This document shows, in pieces, positions 29,244 through 40,800 of a stretch of DNA of 64,000 nt (its first letter is position 1; each line of letters starts with the position of its first letter). The translations under genes were made by a program, and so were the position numbers. Below the pieces are notes generated by a model. The model did no database searches and was not told the origin of the DNA. It was given only the letters and a program-made list of their open reading frames with translations. Source of the DNA: Calditrichaceae bacterium (lineage in GTDB: Bacteria; Calditrichota; Calditrichia; Calditrichales; JBFXGD01); NCBI GenBank assembly GCA_050173015.1, contig JBFXLE010000001.1, positions 64,001 through 128,000 of the forward strand, given 5' to 3'.

Positions 29244-30743
29244 ATGTTAAAATGGATAAATATCATCATTCTGGCCATAATTATTCTGATCACCGGAGCG
29301 TGTAAGATGCAGTCAAATAAAACAGTAGAGTTACCGGTCAAATCAGACCCTACGGTTTCTTTACGCGTATGGGTTAAAACCGGTTCTCAATATGATCCGG
29401 CGGGTAAAGAGGGGCTTGCGTTTATAACGGCAAAAATGATTTCGGAAGCGTCAACGTCACAGTACACCTATGAAGAAATTCTCGAAAAATTATTTCCATT
29501 AGCCGCGGATTATGGAACGACCGTCGATAAAGAGCAGACTGTTTTTTACGGACGGGTTCATATAGATAAATTATCACCTTACTATTTGCTTTTTAAACAA
29601 GCTTTACTTGAGCCGGCTTTCAAACAGGAAGATCTGAATCGAATCAAAGACGATGTCCTGAATACACTTCAACGGTCATTAAGATATAATGATGATGAAG
29701 AATTAGGAAAAGCCGCCCTGAATCAGGCAATTTTTTCAAAGACGCCTTACGGCCATGATGAACGGGGTACGGTTGAAGCCGTAAAATCCATAACAGTTGA
29801 GGATGTCAAAGCATTCTATAATAGATATTTCAATCGTGAAAATATTGTTCTGGGAATTGCTGGTGGATATACTCCTGAATTTAAGGAACAGGTGGAAAGC
29901 GATCTAAAAAAACTTCCTGAAGGAAACGCAAGCTCTAAAGTGTTAATCAGTCCGGAAAAGAAAACGGGCATCCATGTTTTGCTGGTGGAAAAAGACGTGG
30001 TTTCCACGGCAATCAGTCTTGGCTATCCACTGAATGTTCTGCGGGGCGATAAAGATTTTTACGCACTGGCCCTGGCAAATTCATGGCTGGGAGAGCATAG
30101 AAATTCAAGCAGTCATTTGTATCAGGTGATACGTGAAGCGCGGGGAATGAACTATGGCGACTATTCCTATATAGAAAATTATCCGAATGGGGGACGCAGA
30201 CAGTTTCCTATGACAAATGTGGGGCGTCACCATCCGATATTCCAGATATGGATACGGCCTGTACCGAATGAACAAGCTCATTTCGCATTACGCGCGGCAA
30301 CGCGTGAATTACAAATACTCGTCGATAACGGGATGACCCGGGATGAGTTTGAACTAACCCGCGCGTTTCTAAAAAAATACATCCTGCATTATGCTCCCAC
30401 TACGATGACTCAACTTGGGTATAAACTGGATGATATGTTTTTCGGTTTAAAAGTTAACTATTTTGATCAGTTTGGCGCCGCCCTGGACAATATGACTTTG
30501 GAAGATGTAAATCTGGCGATCAGGAAACATCTGCAATATAAAAATATCCAGATTGCCATGGTGACAGCCAACGCTGAGGATTTTAAGGATAAACTGACCA
30601 ATAACACGGCGAGTCCGATGAAATACTCCAGCCCGAAGCCTCCGGAGATTATGGAAGAAGATAAACAGATTGAAAAATATCCGCTGGATATCAAGGCCGC
30701 AAATGTTGAAATAATTAAGATAGATGAGATGTTTCAGAAATAA
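29244..30743 (+). CDS. M16 peptidase partner subunit (no HXXEH), probable lipoprotein
   Basis: Lipobox-like ITGAC; GSQYDPAGKEGLA; IREARGMNYG R/Y motif. Confidence 0.9.
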   Translation: MLKWINIIILAIIILITGACKMQSNKTVELPVKSDPTVSLRVWVKTGSQYDPAGKEGLAFITAKMISEASTSQYTYEEILEKLFPLAADYGTTVDKEQTVFYGRVHIDKLSPYYLLFKQALLEPAFKQEDLNRIKDDVLNTLQRSLRYNDDEELGKAALNQAIFSKTPYGHDERGTVEAVKSITVEDVKAFYNRYFNRENIVLGIAGGYTPEFKEQVESDLKKLPEGNASSKVLISPEKKTGIHVLLVEKDVVSTAISLGYPLNVLRGDKDFYALALANSWLGEHRNSSSHLYQVIREARGMNYGDYSYIENYPNGGRRQFPMTNVGRHHPIFQIWIRPVPNEQAHFALRAATRELQILVDNGMTRDEFELTRAFLKKYILHYAPTTMTQLGYKLDDMFFGLKVNYFDQFGAALDNMTLEDVNLAIRKHLQYKNIQIAMVTANAEDFKDKLTNNTASPMKYSSPKPPEIMEEDKQIEKYPLDIKAANVEIIKIDEMFQK

Positions 30744-30751
30744 GAAGCTTG

Positions 30752-30788
30752 GCAAGGGGCTCAATCCGGGCCTCTTGCTGTTTTGTTT
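30752..30788 (+). terminator. Probable intrinsic terminator
   Basis: GCAAGGGGCTC / GGGCCTCTTGC stem followed by TGTTTTGTTT. Confidence 0.5.
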
Positions 30789-30817
30789 AAGCAACAAATA
30801 TTCCGTTGGGGGGAATT

Positions 30818-31096
30818 ATGGAAAAATTTTCAGATTCCGAGATTACACACCGCTTAAAGGAGCTGAATAACTGGTATCTTGATACGGAAGCGATTCGAAA
30901 AGACTGGCAATTTAAAGATTTTATTGAAGCGATGACCTTTATCAACAGAATCGCGGAACTCTCAGAGCATCATAATCACCATCCCGAAATATTCAATGTA
31001 TATAATAAAGTATCACTCCGATTTAGTACTCATGATGCAGGCGGAATTACTGTCAAGGATGTCAAGATAGCCGCGGATATTGATAAAATCAGCTAA
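30818..31096 (+). CDS. phhB: Pterin-4-alpha-carbinolamine dehydratase
   Basis: NHHPEI...YNKV...THDAGGIT..D. Confidence 0.93.
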   Translation: MEKFSDSEITHRLKELNNWYLDTEAIRKDWQFKDFIEAMTFINRIAELSEHHNHHPEIFNVYNKVSLRFSTHDAGGITVKDVKIAADIDKIS

Positions 31097-31099
31097 CAG

Positions 31100-31648
31100 T
31101 TATTTCTGTTTTGTCTGTAGGGCCGAATTAAACAGGCCCTCTGTGAACCATTTCAGAGTCGATGTAAGTTCTTCGATTCGGCTGAGTATTTCAGTATCAA
31201 TTATTGTATTATCACTAAAGGAAGAACCCGTGGCAAAAACAAATCTTGGGATAATAACAGTTCGAAAATCAAGCATCAGGCTATTGGCAAACGGCATGAT
31301 CGACATATAACTGGATTTTCCGCCGGCCGCGCACATAAATCCGACCACCTTTTCCCGCCAGGCCTGGCCGGTTAATTCCACAAGATTTTTAACGGCTGAA
31401 TTAACATCGTAATTATAAATAGGCGAAGCGATGAGAATACCTTTTGCAAGCTTAATCTGTTTTTTAACCTGCAAAACCATGGGATCTGAATAACTGCTGT
31501 CGCCATCACAGGGGGGTAAGGCGGTTTTCTGCAAATCAAGAAATTGAACGGATTGGTTATTTTTTTTTAATATTTCAAAAGCTGAATTAGCCAATTCCCT
31601 GCTTCTGCTTGATTTACTCAGGCTGCCGCTGATGATCAGGTACTGCAT
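31100..31648 (-). CDS. NADPH-dependent FMN reductase
   Basis: ISGSLSKSSRS, SPIYNY, KN motif; flavodoxin-like fold. Confidence 0.9.
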   Translation of the reverse strand: MQYLIISGSLSKSSRSRELANSAFEILKKNNQSVQFLDLQKTALPPCDGDSSYSDPMVLQVKKQIKLAKGILIASPIYNYDVNSAVKNLVELTGQAWREKVVGFMCAAGGKSSYMSIMPFANSLMLDFRTVIIPRFVFATGSSFSDNTIIDTEILSRIEELTSTLKWFTEGLFNSALQTKQK

Positions 31649-31768
31649 ATAATTATCTCCGGATGGTTAGGAAAAAATCGTAGTTTTGAACTTTTTTAGT
31701 AACTCAATCATAAAATATAATACTTTTAAATTCAATTTTATTCAAAAAATTTTGGATTAACGGAATAT

Positions 31769-32266
31769 ATGAAAACTTTATATCTTGTGCGTCATGCTAA
31801 ATCGAGCTGGGGTGATCCATCATTAAATGATTTTGATCGCCCTTTAAATAAGCGGGGATTGAAGGACGCGCCGCTGATGGCGGATCATTTTTCCAAAAAT
31901 CATGCCCGGCCGGATCAGATCCTTTCAAGTCCCGCGAAAAGAGCGATGATGACCGCTGAAATCTTTGCCGGGAAACTTGGATATCCGGGAAATAGCATAC
32001 TTAAAAATGAGTTTATCTATGATGCCATACCGGATGACTTGCTTCATGTCCTGCATGACACGGATAACAGGATTGAAAAATTAATGGTGTTCGGACATAA
32101 TCCGGGAATTCCCGAATTTATATATTATTTGTCGAATAACCATATGCATAAAGTCCCGACATGTTCGATATGCGCATTGGCTTTGAATATAGAAAAATGG
32201 AAACAAGCAGAATTCTCCTGTGGCAAAATACTTTTCTTTGAGTCACCAAAAATTTTTAAACTGTAA
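31769..32266 (+). CDS. SixA-like histidine phosphatase
   Basis: LVRHAKS, DRPLNKRG, SSPAKRA, GHNP. Confidence 0.92.
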   Translation: MKTLYLVRHAKSSWGDPSLNDFDRPLNKRGLKDAPLMADHFSKNHARPDQILSSPAKRAMMTAEIFAGKLGYPGNSILKNEFIYDAIPDDLLHVLHDTDNRIEKLMVFGHNPGIPEFIYYLSNNHMHKVPTCSICALALNIEKWKQAEFSCGKILFFESPKIFKL

Positions 32267-32487
32267 GTGGATTCATCCTGTTTTTCACGCATGTATCTGA
32301 ACGCAGGCTTAATAAAACTACACCCGCGCTTGTAACAGCACCGCTCCCAATGAGATGAAAATTAAAAGCAGAAACACACAAGCGATAAAACACGTTATAA
32401 CCGGAGAAGAACTGATCAGAAGGATATATTAGCGGTTATCTTTCAGATGATTTAGACACAACTAAAATATTTTTTTGTGAGATCATC

Positions 32488-35400
32488 ATGGGAAAAAATA
32501 TCTTTGACATCATCCGCTTGAGTAAAGAAGCGAAGAATAATTTATTCCGGACAGCAAAATCAGGTCTTCTATTTCTGAGTTTTATATTATACTTCCCGTA
32601 TTACCTGTTCGGGCAGATCAATGATATGAAATTCGAACATCTTTCACTTGAACAGGGAATTGCCCATAACATGATTTATGACATTTATCAGGATCATGAG
32701 GGCTTTCTTTGGTTCGGAACGATGTATGGATTGATCAAGTATGACGGGAAAAGTTACAAGATCTATCGCAATGATCCATCTGATCCCGGTTCAATTTCAT
32801 TTGATGACGTACTTTGCATTTATGAGGATAGTGATGAACATCTGTGGATTGGGACCTGGGGAGGCGGGTTGAACAGATTTGACCGTCAAACAGAAAAATT
32901 CATTCGTTATGAACATAACTCATCGGATAAAAAAAGCCTGAGCAGCAATGTTGTAAAGTGTATATATGAAGACCGGATCGGGGACTTATGGATAGGCACA
33001 GAAGACGGATTAAACAGGATGCCCGCGGAAATAAGAAAAGGGGGCAATAAAAAACTATCGGCCGCCGGGAATCAGTTTGATCGCTATTTCCTTAATTTAT
33101 GGGAATTAAATAGTCTGAGTAATAACACGATCACGGCAATTCAGGAAGATAATGCCGACAATCTCTGGATCGGTACACTCAACGGATTAAACCGATTTGA
33201 CAAAGTTACCGGTAAATTTACACGCTATTTTAGCTTAGATTCGGCCTACACAAGGACTTACAGTGATAAATTATTTGACTCCATTGATACTCTCAAAAGT
33301 AAAAATTATTTAATTGCTTCAATCCAGCGTGTTGGTGATAAGCAAAATTTGTCAAAGGAGTTTGCGCTTTCTGAAAAATCGACAGTGTTAGTTGTCTCTG
33401 TGGGTGAAGGCAAGAACGAGGTGTTAGGAGAAAAAGTTGATCAGATGTACGATTTTGGATGGCTTGAAAGTAATGGCCGGGTGATATGGGAAAGCCAATT
33501 TAATCAAACCTATTTTGCGGGCGGGGCGATGAAAAACAGGATCAGGGCGGACCTAATCAGCCTTAACCCGGGCACCTACCGGATTCATTATCAAACAGAT
33601 GACAGCCATTCTTATGAAAACTGGAATAACCACGCTCCCAATCATCCGGACTTTTGGGGCATCACAGTTTTTGAAGTCCCTGAGAAGCAGGCAGGTGAGC
33701 TTAGAAAAGAACTTAAGCATATTATCAATCATCAACAGAATTCAATATCTCATAATCACATATCATCCTTATGTCAGGGAGAGGATGAAGAAATCTTATG
33801 GGTTGGCACTTTAGGTGGAGGCTTAAACAAACTCAACACAACAACCGGTCATTTTAGTCACAAAAAAAACGACCGTGTATTCTCAGGAAGTCAAATCAGT
33901 AATTTTATAAACACAATTTATATGGAAGAATCGGGAATTCTATGGATTGGTTCTCCGGATGGTTTGAGTAAATTTGATCCTGTGACCGGGGAATGTCGTC
34001 TATATAGCCATAACCCGATGGATCCTTACAGCCTGAGCAGCGATAATGTAACTTCAATCAGAAAAGATCGGTCCGGTATTCTCTGGATAGGCACTTTCTG
34101 GGGAGGTATCGACAAATTTGATGACCGGAAAGCACAGTTCACTCATGTCAGACAAAATATTTCAGGTGTATCAGGGCAGCTTAACAACAATGTTTTTGCC
34201 CTGGTCGAAGATCGGAAAGAATGTATCTGGTTTGGGACTCCGGGGGGTGGACTAACGGTATATGATTGTAACATGAGAAAATTTAAAAATTATTACCATA
34301 ATTCAGAAAATTCCGGCAGTTTAGGAAGTAATTCGGTTTGGTCGCTACTTGAGACCGATGCCGGAAGCATCTGGATCGGCACGTTTGGCGGAGGACTTAA
34401 CAGATATGATTCGGGGACAGATACATTTGAGAAATTTTATTATAATAAAAAAAATCCAAATAGCGTGAACGGGAACATGATCCTTTGTCTGTTAGAAGAT
34501 CATGATGGATATATATGGTTTGGTACTAACGGATCCGGGCTATATCGTTTTAATATTGATGACGGAAAGTTTACAAATTATCATCATGATCCCAACGACT
34601 CAAATAGTATTGGTAATAACTATGTTTATTCGCTACACGAAGACAGAGAGGGAAACTTATGGATCGGCGGCACCGCGGGATTGGACAAATTGAATAGCGA
34701 TCGCACCAAGTTTAGGGCCTTTCGTCATAATCCATCTGATTCAACAAGTTTAAGTTATGATTATGTCTATGTGATTCACGAGTCAAAGTACAGACCGGAC
34801 GGATTGCTATGGATCGGAACCGCCGGCGGACTTAATAAATTTGATCCGATATCGGGAAAATTTAAGCATTTTACCGAAGAGAATGGTTTACCGAACAGGG
34901 TGATATGCGGCATCCTTGAAGACATAAACGGTTTTTTGTGGATAAGCACAAACCGGGGATTATCAAAATTTGACAGAAAAACAGAGAAGTTCAGAAACTT
35001 TGATCTGGCTGATGGTCTACAAAGCAATATGTTTAACCGCGGGGCATATACCGCTTTAGAGTCGGGGGAACTCGTTTTCGGCGGGATTAATGGGTTTAAT
35101 GTATTTAATCCGATTGCTCTGAAATCCAGGGCCTATATTCCCTCGGTATTTATCACAGCATTTGAGAAATTTAACCAACCGGTTATTTTTGACAAATCCA
35201 TAACAGATATCCGAAAAATTAATTTATCCCACAAGGATAATTTCTTTACTCTCAGATTCGCCTCGCTGGATTACAGAAATCCTGAAAAAAATCAATATGC
35301 CTATAAACTGGAAGGTCTGGATCGGGACTGGATTTACAGCGGTAATATCAATTTTGCCAGCTATACAAATCTTAATCCGGGTAGCTATACATTCAGAGCA

Positions 35401-36222
35401 AAAGGAACGAACAGTGATGGAGTTTGGAATGAACGGGGAACCTCGGTTGTCATCATCGTTCATCCGCCTTATTGGCAAACATGGTGGTTTAAGTTGTTGA
35501 TATCATTGACATTGATCGCAGGATTATTGTTCTTTATCCATCGCATAAGAGACAAGGAAAAACGAAGAAGTTTATTTAATAAAAGGATGGCCGAATTGAA
35601 ACTTCAGGCTCTGCGATCACAAATGAATCCGCATTTTTTGTTTAACACTTTAAATTCGATCCAGTATTTTATCAGCTGTAATGATCAGAAATCAGCTCAG
35701 AACTACTTATCAAAATTTTCAAAATTGATGCGCAGTACGCTTGATAATTCAGAGAAATCAACGATTCCCATCAGTAAGGAAGTTGAAGCTCTTAAAATAT
35801 ATCTGGAACTTCAGTTACTCAGATTTGAGGATAAATTTGAATACAGGATCAGCATTGATCCGCTGCTGGATATCTATAATATTGAAATCCCTACGATGAT
35901 TATACAGCCTTATGTTGAAAACGCAATAACGCATGGCCTGAGAAACAAAACTTTAAAAGGGGAAATTATTATTTCAATTAAACTTGATGCCGGAATCATT
36001 ATCTGTACGATCGAGGATAACGGAATCGGAATTGTTAAAGCTTTAAAATTAAAAAAATTGCACAAAGATGATCATACATCCACCGGTATGAGAGTGACAC
36101 GTGAAAGAGTAGATATCATTAATTCGGCCCGAAAAGATAAAATAAATGTCGCGGTGACGGATCTGGGTGAAATGAATCCACAAAAATCGGGGACCAGGGT
36201 GACTATTTTTATACCGGTATAG
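32488..36222 (+). CDS. Periplasmic beta-propeller (Reg_prop)/Y_Y_Y sensor with LytS-type histidine kinase
   Basis: Repeated LWIGT..GGL..FD; Y_Y_Y (YTNLNPGSYTFR); PPYWQTWWF TM; QMNPHFLFNTLN; QPYVENAITHG. Confidence 0.95.
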   Translation: MGKNIFDIIRLSKEAKNNLFRTAKSGLLFLSFILYFPYYLFGQINDMKFEHLSLEQGIAHNMIYDIYQDHEGFLWFGTMYGLIKYDGKSYKIYRNDPSDPGSISFDDVLCIYEDSDEHLWIGTWGGGLNRFDRQTEKFIRYEHNSSDKKSLSSNVVKCIYEDRIGDLWIGTEDGLNRMPAEIRKGGNKKLSAAGNQFDRYFLNLWELNSLSNNTITAIQEDNADNLWIGTLNGLNRFDKVTGKFTRYFSLDSAYTRTYSDKLFDSIDTLKSKNYLIASIQRVGDKQNLSKEFALSEKSTVLVVSVGEGKNEVLGEKVDQMYDFGWLESNGRVIWESQFNQTYFAGGAMKNRIRADLISLNPGTYRIHYQTDDSHSYENWNNHAPNHPDFWGITVFEVPEKQAGELRKELKHIINHQQNSISHNHISSLCQGEDEEILWVGTLGGGLNKLNTTTGHFSHKKNDRVFSGSQISNFINTIYMEESGILWIGSPDGLSKFDPVTGECRLYSHNPMDPYSLSSDNVTSIRKDRSGILWIGTFWGGIDKFDDRKAQFTHVRQNISGVSGQLNNNVFALVEDRKECIWFGTPGGGLTVYDCNMRKFKNYYHNSENSGSLGSNSVWSLLETDAGSIWIGTFGGGLNRYDSGTDTFEKFYYNKKNPNSVNGNMILCLLEDHDGYIWFGTNGSGLYRFNIDDGKFTNYHHDPNDSNSIGNNYVYSLHEDREGNLWIGGTAGLDKLNSDRTKFRAFRHNPSDSTSLSYDYVYVIHESKYRPDGLLWIGTAGGLNKFDPISGKFKHFTEENGLPNRVICGILEDINGFLWISTNRGLSKFDRKTEKFRNFDLADGLQSNMFNRGAYTALESGELVFGGINGFNVFNPIALKSRAYIPSVFITAFEKFNQPVIFDKSITDIRKINLSHKDNFFTLRFASLDYRNPEKNQYAYKLEGLDRDWIYSGNINFASYTNLNPGSYTFRAKGTNSDGVWNERGTSVVIIVHPPYWQTWWFKLLISLTLIAGLLFFIHRIRDKEKRRSLFNKRMAELKLQALRSQMNPHFLFNTLNSIQYFISCNDQKSAQNYLSKFSKLMRSTLDNSEKSTIPISKEVEALKIYLELQLLRFEDKFEYRISIDPLLDIYNIEIPTMIIQPYVENAITHGLRNKTLKGEIIISIKLDAGIIICTIEDNGIGIVKALKLKKLHKDDHTSTGMRVTRERVDIINSARKDKINVAVTDLGEMNPQKSGTRVTIFIPV

Positions 36223-36379
36223 ATGATCGGCCCGACATCACTAAACCGGGATAAACAGATATGAGAATTAATCATGGAAAAAAGGACGTTTTATAAAATA
36301 ATGGAACAATTTGACATTAAATGAAATGAAATAAATAGCATACCATTTGTTTTGAGTTAATAAATTTTTGAGGCGAGAG

Positions 36380-37168
36380 ATGTTAAAAGCCGTTATAATT
36401 GACGATGAAGAAAAAAGCAGGTTGCTTTTACGGAATCTAATACATGACCATTGCCCTAATGTTGAGATTTTGGCTTTGGCCGAATCTGTAGAATCAGGAC
36501 TGGAAGCGGTAAGGTTAAACCACCCGGATGTTGTTTTTCTGGATATTGTCATGCCCCCGGGTGACGGATTCAGCCTTCTGGAGAATGCCGGCGATTTAAA
36601 TTTTAATGTGATATTCACAACGGCTTACGATCAGTACGCGATTAAAGCCATAAAATTTGGCGCTGATGATTATCTCTTGAAACCAATCAATATTGAAGAT
36701 TTACAGACTGCCGTCAATAAACTGGAACAAAAACTGACAATAAACAATAGCGAAACAGAAATTGAAACCAAAATTGAAGGATTAGTCGAACTCGCTAATA
36801 TCAGGGCGGCGAATCGAAAAATTGGCTTGCCCATGCAAAATGGAATTACTTTCATAAAGATAAGAGATATTGTCCTTTTTAAAGCTGAGGGGAATTATTG
36901 TCTTGTCTATCAGAAGGAAACGAGTGAGAAGGAAATTGTCTCAAAAACACTGCGTGAATACGAAAATCTTTTAACCAGGTTTAACTTTTTCAGGGTCCAT
37001 CGTTCCTACCTGATTAATCTTGCTCATATAAAGGAATATTCACGTATTGGCCACTCCGCCAATTACGAAGGGGATGGAGGAAGTGTCATCATGATGAATA
37101 ATATGATCGTCCCGGTTGCCAGGGAAAGACGTAAGCCTTTGCTGAACAGGTTTTCAAAACCATTCTAA
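36380..37168 (+). CDS. LytTR family response regulator
   Basis: IIDDE, FLDIVMP, DYLLKP receiver; FFRVHRSYLINL. Confidence 0.95.
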   Translation: MLKAVIIDDEEKSRLLLRNLIHDHCPNVEILALAESVESGLEAVRLNHPDVVFLDIVMPPGDGFSLLENAGDLNFNVIFTTAYDQYAIKAIKFGADDYLLKPINIEDLQTAVNKLEQKLTINNSETEIETKIEGLVELANIRAANRKIGLPMQNGITFIKIRDIVLFKAEGNYCLVYQKETSEKEIVSKTLREYENLLTRFNFFRVHRSYLINLAHIKEYSRIGHSANYEGDGGSVIMMNNMIVPVARERRKPLLNRFSKPF

Positions 37169-37344
37169 ACTGAAAAAGATTCCCCTTTTATTTATCAAAT
37201 ACACCTTCCACTAAATAAAAACTTCCGTTTAAAAACTTCCCGCAATAATATTTAAAGATATTCGATTATAATTTTTGAAGATTTCGCGCTAAGAATCTTC
37301 AATTAGAATAGTAATGAGACTGACATCCCTCATTACCTCCACTG

Positions 37345-37377
37345 CTGGCCTGATTTCCTCTCAGGCCAGTTTTTTTT
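37345..37377 (+). terminator. Intrinsic terminator
   Basis: CTGGCCTGA-N7-TCAGGCCAG followed by T8. Confidence 0.85.
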
Positions 37378-37819
37378 AGGGTAGAATTTAAAATGTATCG
37401 AGAAGAATAGATATCCGGAAGTCCCCGCCACCTGTATAAATATGTTACAATTTAAATAACTATTCGAAAACTACCATACAATAGAAAATTCATACAGTTC
37501 ACAAATAAAAACATACTACTGAATCAATTACTATAATTTCTGATAACCATAACGTTTTATATTGACCTCAAATAAATGTCTGAGCGCGCAATACATATTC
37601 ACCATGTTTCTGATGTTGTTTCTATAGGGATATAGTGAAAATCGAATTCACAGATTATTCATTTTCATTCAGATCTATTTCAGTTGAAAGCCGGGTGAAG
37701 AGAAAACATGATCGCATAATCACCAGGAGGAGGAGATATATGATAAAACAAATTGTCATCCAATGTGAGATGAAGCTGAGGAAAATTAAATTATCCAATC
37801 AAATTTTTAAGGAGGATGT

Positions 37820-40800
37820 ATGCATATATATACACGACTAATGATGCCTCAATCAGTATGGCAGTCGGGTAAACTTCTGCTTATCCTTTTATTGCTTTTT
37901 GGGATGAATACTTTTGTTTCGGGGCAATCCAACGGGAAGATTGCGGGTGTTGTTGTAGATAAGGCTTCGGGTGAACCGTTGCCTGGAGTGAATGTGACCC
38001 TTGAGAACACTCTTCTAGGGTCCACGACTGACCTTGACGGGTACTATGTGATTCTGAATGTACCGGTTTCAACGTTTGATATCCGGGCCAGTTATGTAGG
38101 ATATCGGGATATGGTGTTTGAAAATATAAGGGTATCTGCTAATATCACCACGGATATAAATTTTGAGCTTGACCAGACTACGCTTGAATTGGGAGAAGCC
38201 GTTGTTGTCATTGGGCAGAGGCCCCTGGTTGAAAAAAATGTCACTCAAAGTTATTCGCTCGTAACATCTGATGCGATCGAGGCCATGCCGGTCAGGGGTG
38301 TGCAAAACATCATTAATCTGCAGGCATCGGTTGTTGTTCAGGACGGCAATGTCTATATCCGGGGCGGCAGATCCAATGAAACCGGATATTATCTTGATGG
38401 CGCTTCAATCACCAACCCTCTCAATAACGCGAGCGCTGTTAATATCATTCATGACGCTGTTGAAGAAATTCAGGTTTTAGTGGGTGGTTATACTGCCGAA
38501 TTCGGAGGCGCCAATTCCGGTATCGTTAGAAGTGAGCTAAAAACCGGATCTTCTGAGTATCACTTTTCACTTGATATGCAGACAGATAAATTTGTTAAAT
38601 CAGGCGAACAATTTTTGAGTACAAATTCTTTCCAGGATCATATCCTCACGGGTACTTTTAGCGGTCCGCTCTGGTCAAATAAGATCAGATTTTATTCTGC
38701 TCTGGAAAACACGTATGAGGGAGACTGGGTCAAACGCTTTAGCGAGGGTTTCAGGTTTGATGAATCAAATTTAGAGAACCCTCTTGTGGATGGCAACCGC
38801 AGAAATGCCAACGTCATCGCCGGCCATCCGGATACCGTAAAGGTGCTTGAGTATATAGATGGTTTTACGCCTAAAAACAAGCGCAACAGGTGGACCACAA
38901 ACAACACATTGCTCTTTGATTTAAAACCGTTACAGTTCCGGCTGAGCGGTGTATATACATGGCAGGAATTATCCAACAATCCAACGCCTATTCTGGATAT
39001 GTTAAACTTCCGCGAACGGCCAAACATTACAAATAATGTTCTGCTATCAGGGAAAATAACACATGTACTTAATCCAACGACTTTTTACGATTTAAATGTC
39101 AGTTATTTTTATAATAACAACGAGACAGAAGATGATTATTTCGGGACCGACTGGCGTTCATGGTCTGACAGCGCCAAAGTAGCTAATCATACGAACGGCA
39201 GAGTCACATACAGAGATCAATTCAGACAACAGTATGATTATGAATTAAATGGATTTCCTCTTTCAAGAGATGGCTCGCTGGTGGGGAACTATATCACATC
39301 AGAGCAGACATACATTGGTGGAGTCGCGAATATTGTAAGTCAGGTCACCAGATATCATGAAGCAAAAGCCGGTGTGGATGTAAGATACTACACACTGCGC
39401 AGATTTTCTATCAATCCGCAAGTAATATCGCTGACCAATCAGTACGGCACTGAAGAAGCTGTACCCGAAGCGGCATGGAAAGAATTTACCTCAAATATTT
39501 ACGGATACGACCGTTTTGGGAAAAAAATTGATGGTGGATTTGACGGACCTAAACACCCCCTCTTTTTGGCCTTTTATCTTCAGGACAAAATTGAATTTAA
39601 AGATTTAATTATCAATGCCGGATTACGATTTGACTATTTCGACACGGATGACAGAGAATTAAAGGATCCCGCGAATCCGGAAATAATAGAAGCGGAAGGA
39701 ACCATTGCCGAGTCGGCATGGAAAGATCTGGATCCATTCCAGCAGATAAGTCCCCGATTAGGTCTGTCATTTCCTATCAGTGACAATACCGTGTTCTATA
39801 CCCAGTACGGAAAATTTATACAGATGCCGGAACTGGATAATATCTACTTCAACTCGCGAGATTTCGGAACACAGATCGTCAGCGGCGGAAACTACTACAT
39901 CCAGCCGATTGGATTTGGGATAGGGCCTATGCGGACAACGTCTTATGAAATTGGCTTCCGCCAGAGTTTATCAAGTGTTGCTGCCATTGATGTCACAGGA
40001 TTTTATAAAAATACGAAAGGACAGATAACGGTTGAAAGACAAGCAGGCGCGCCGGGAGCGTTGATTACCACGTATGATTATTTGACTAACGGAGATTTTG
40101 CCACAACGAAGGGTGTAGAAATCCGATTGAATCTCAGAAGATCAAAACGTCTCCAGGCTCAGATGAACTATACATATACATCGGCAGAAGGTACCGGATC
40201 AGGTGAAACATCATATCATGGCGCTGTTTACAGAAACACCGTAAAACCCACCATCACTTCGCCGCTTGATTTTAATCAGACACATCGGGGATCGATAAAT
40301 CTTGATTACCGTTTTGGCCCGGGAGATGGCGGAAAAATATTAGAAAATTTTGGTGCGAATGTGCTGTTCACCTTCAATAGCGGGCACCCATATACAAAGG
40401 TAACCTGGCCATCGGGCGGACAAGTAAACGCTTATGAGGCGGGTGTGGATTATATGCTCGATACACGTGACCGGGAGGCGATCGAAGCCATAAACTCATC
40501 AACAACTCCATGGAATTTTAATGTTGATCTTCGTCTGGATAAAAGTGTCAAAGTATGGGAAAAACTAAATTCCACATTTTATGTGCGTATCAATAACCTT
40601 TTTAATATCCAAAATGTAATCAATGTGTACGAAGGTACAGGCAGCGCGGAAGACGATGGATTTATTTCAAATCCGGCGCGTTCTTCGGCTTTTGTGAATA
40701 CCTACGGCGGGCAGGATTATATCAATATGTATCGAGCGATCAATCTGGATAATGGGCAGGCGTACTGGGATAACATCGGAAGACAGCTTTATGCGAATCC

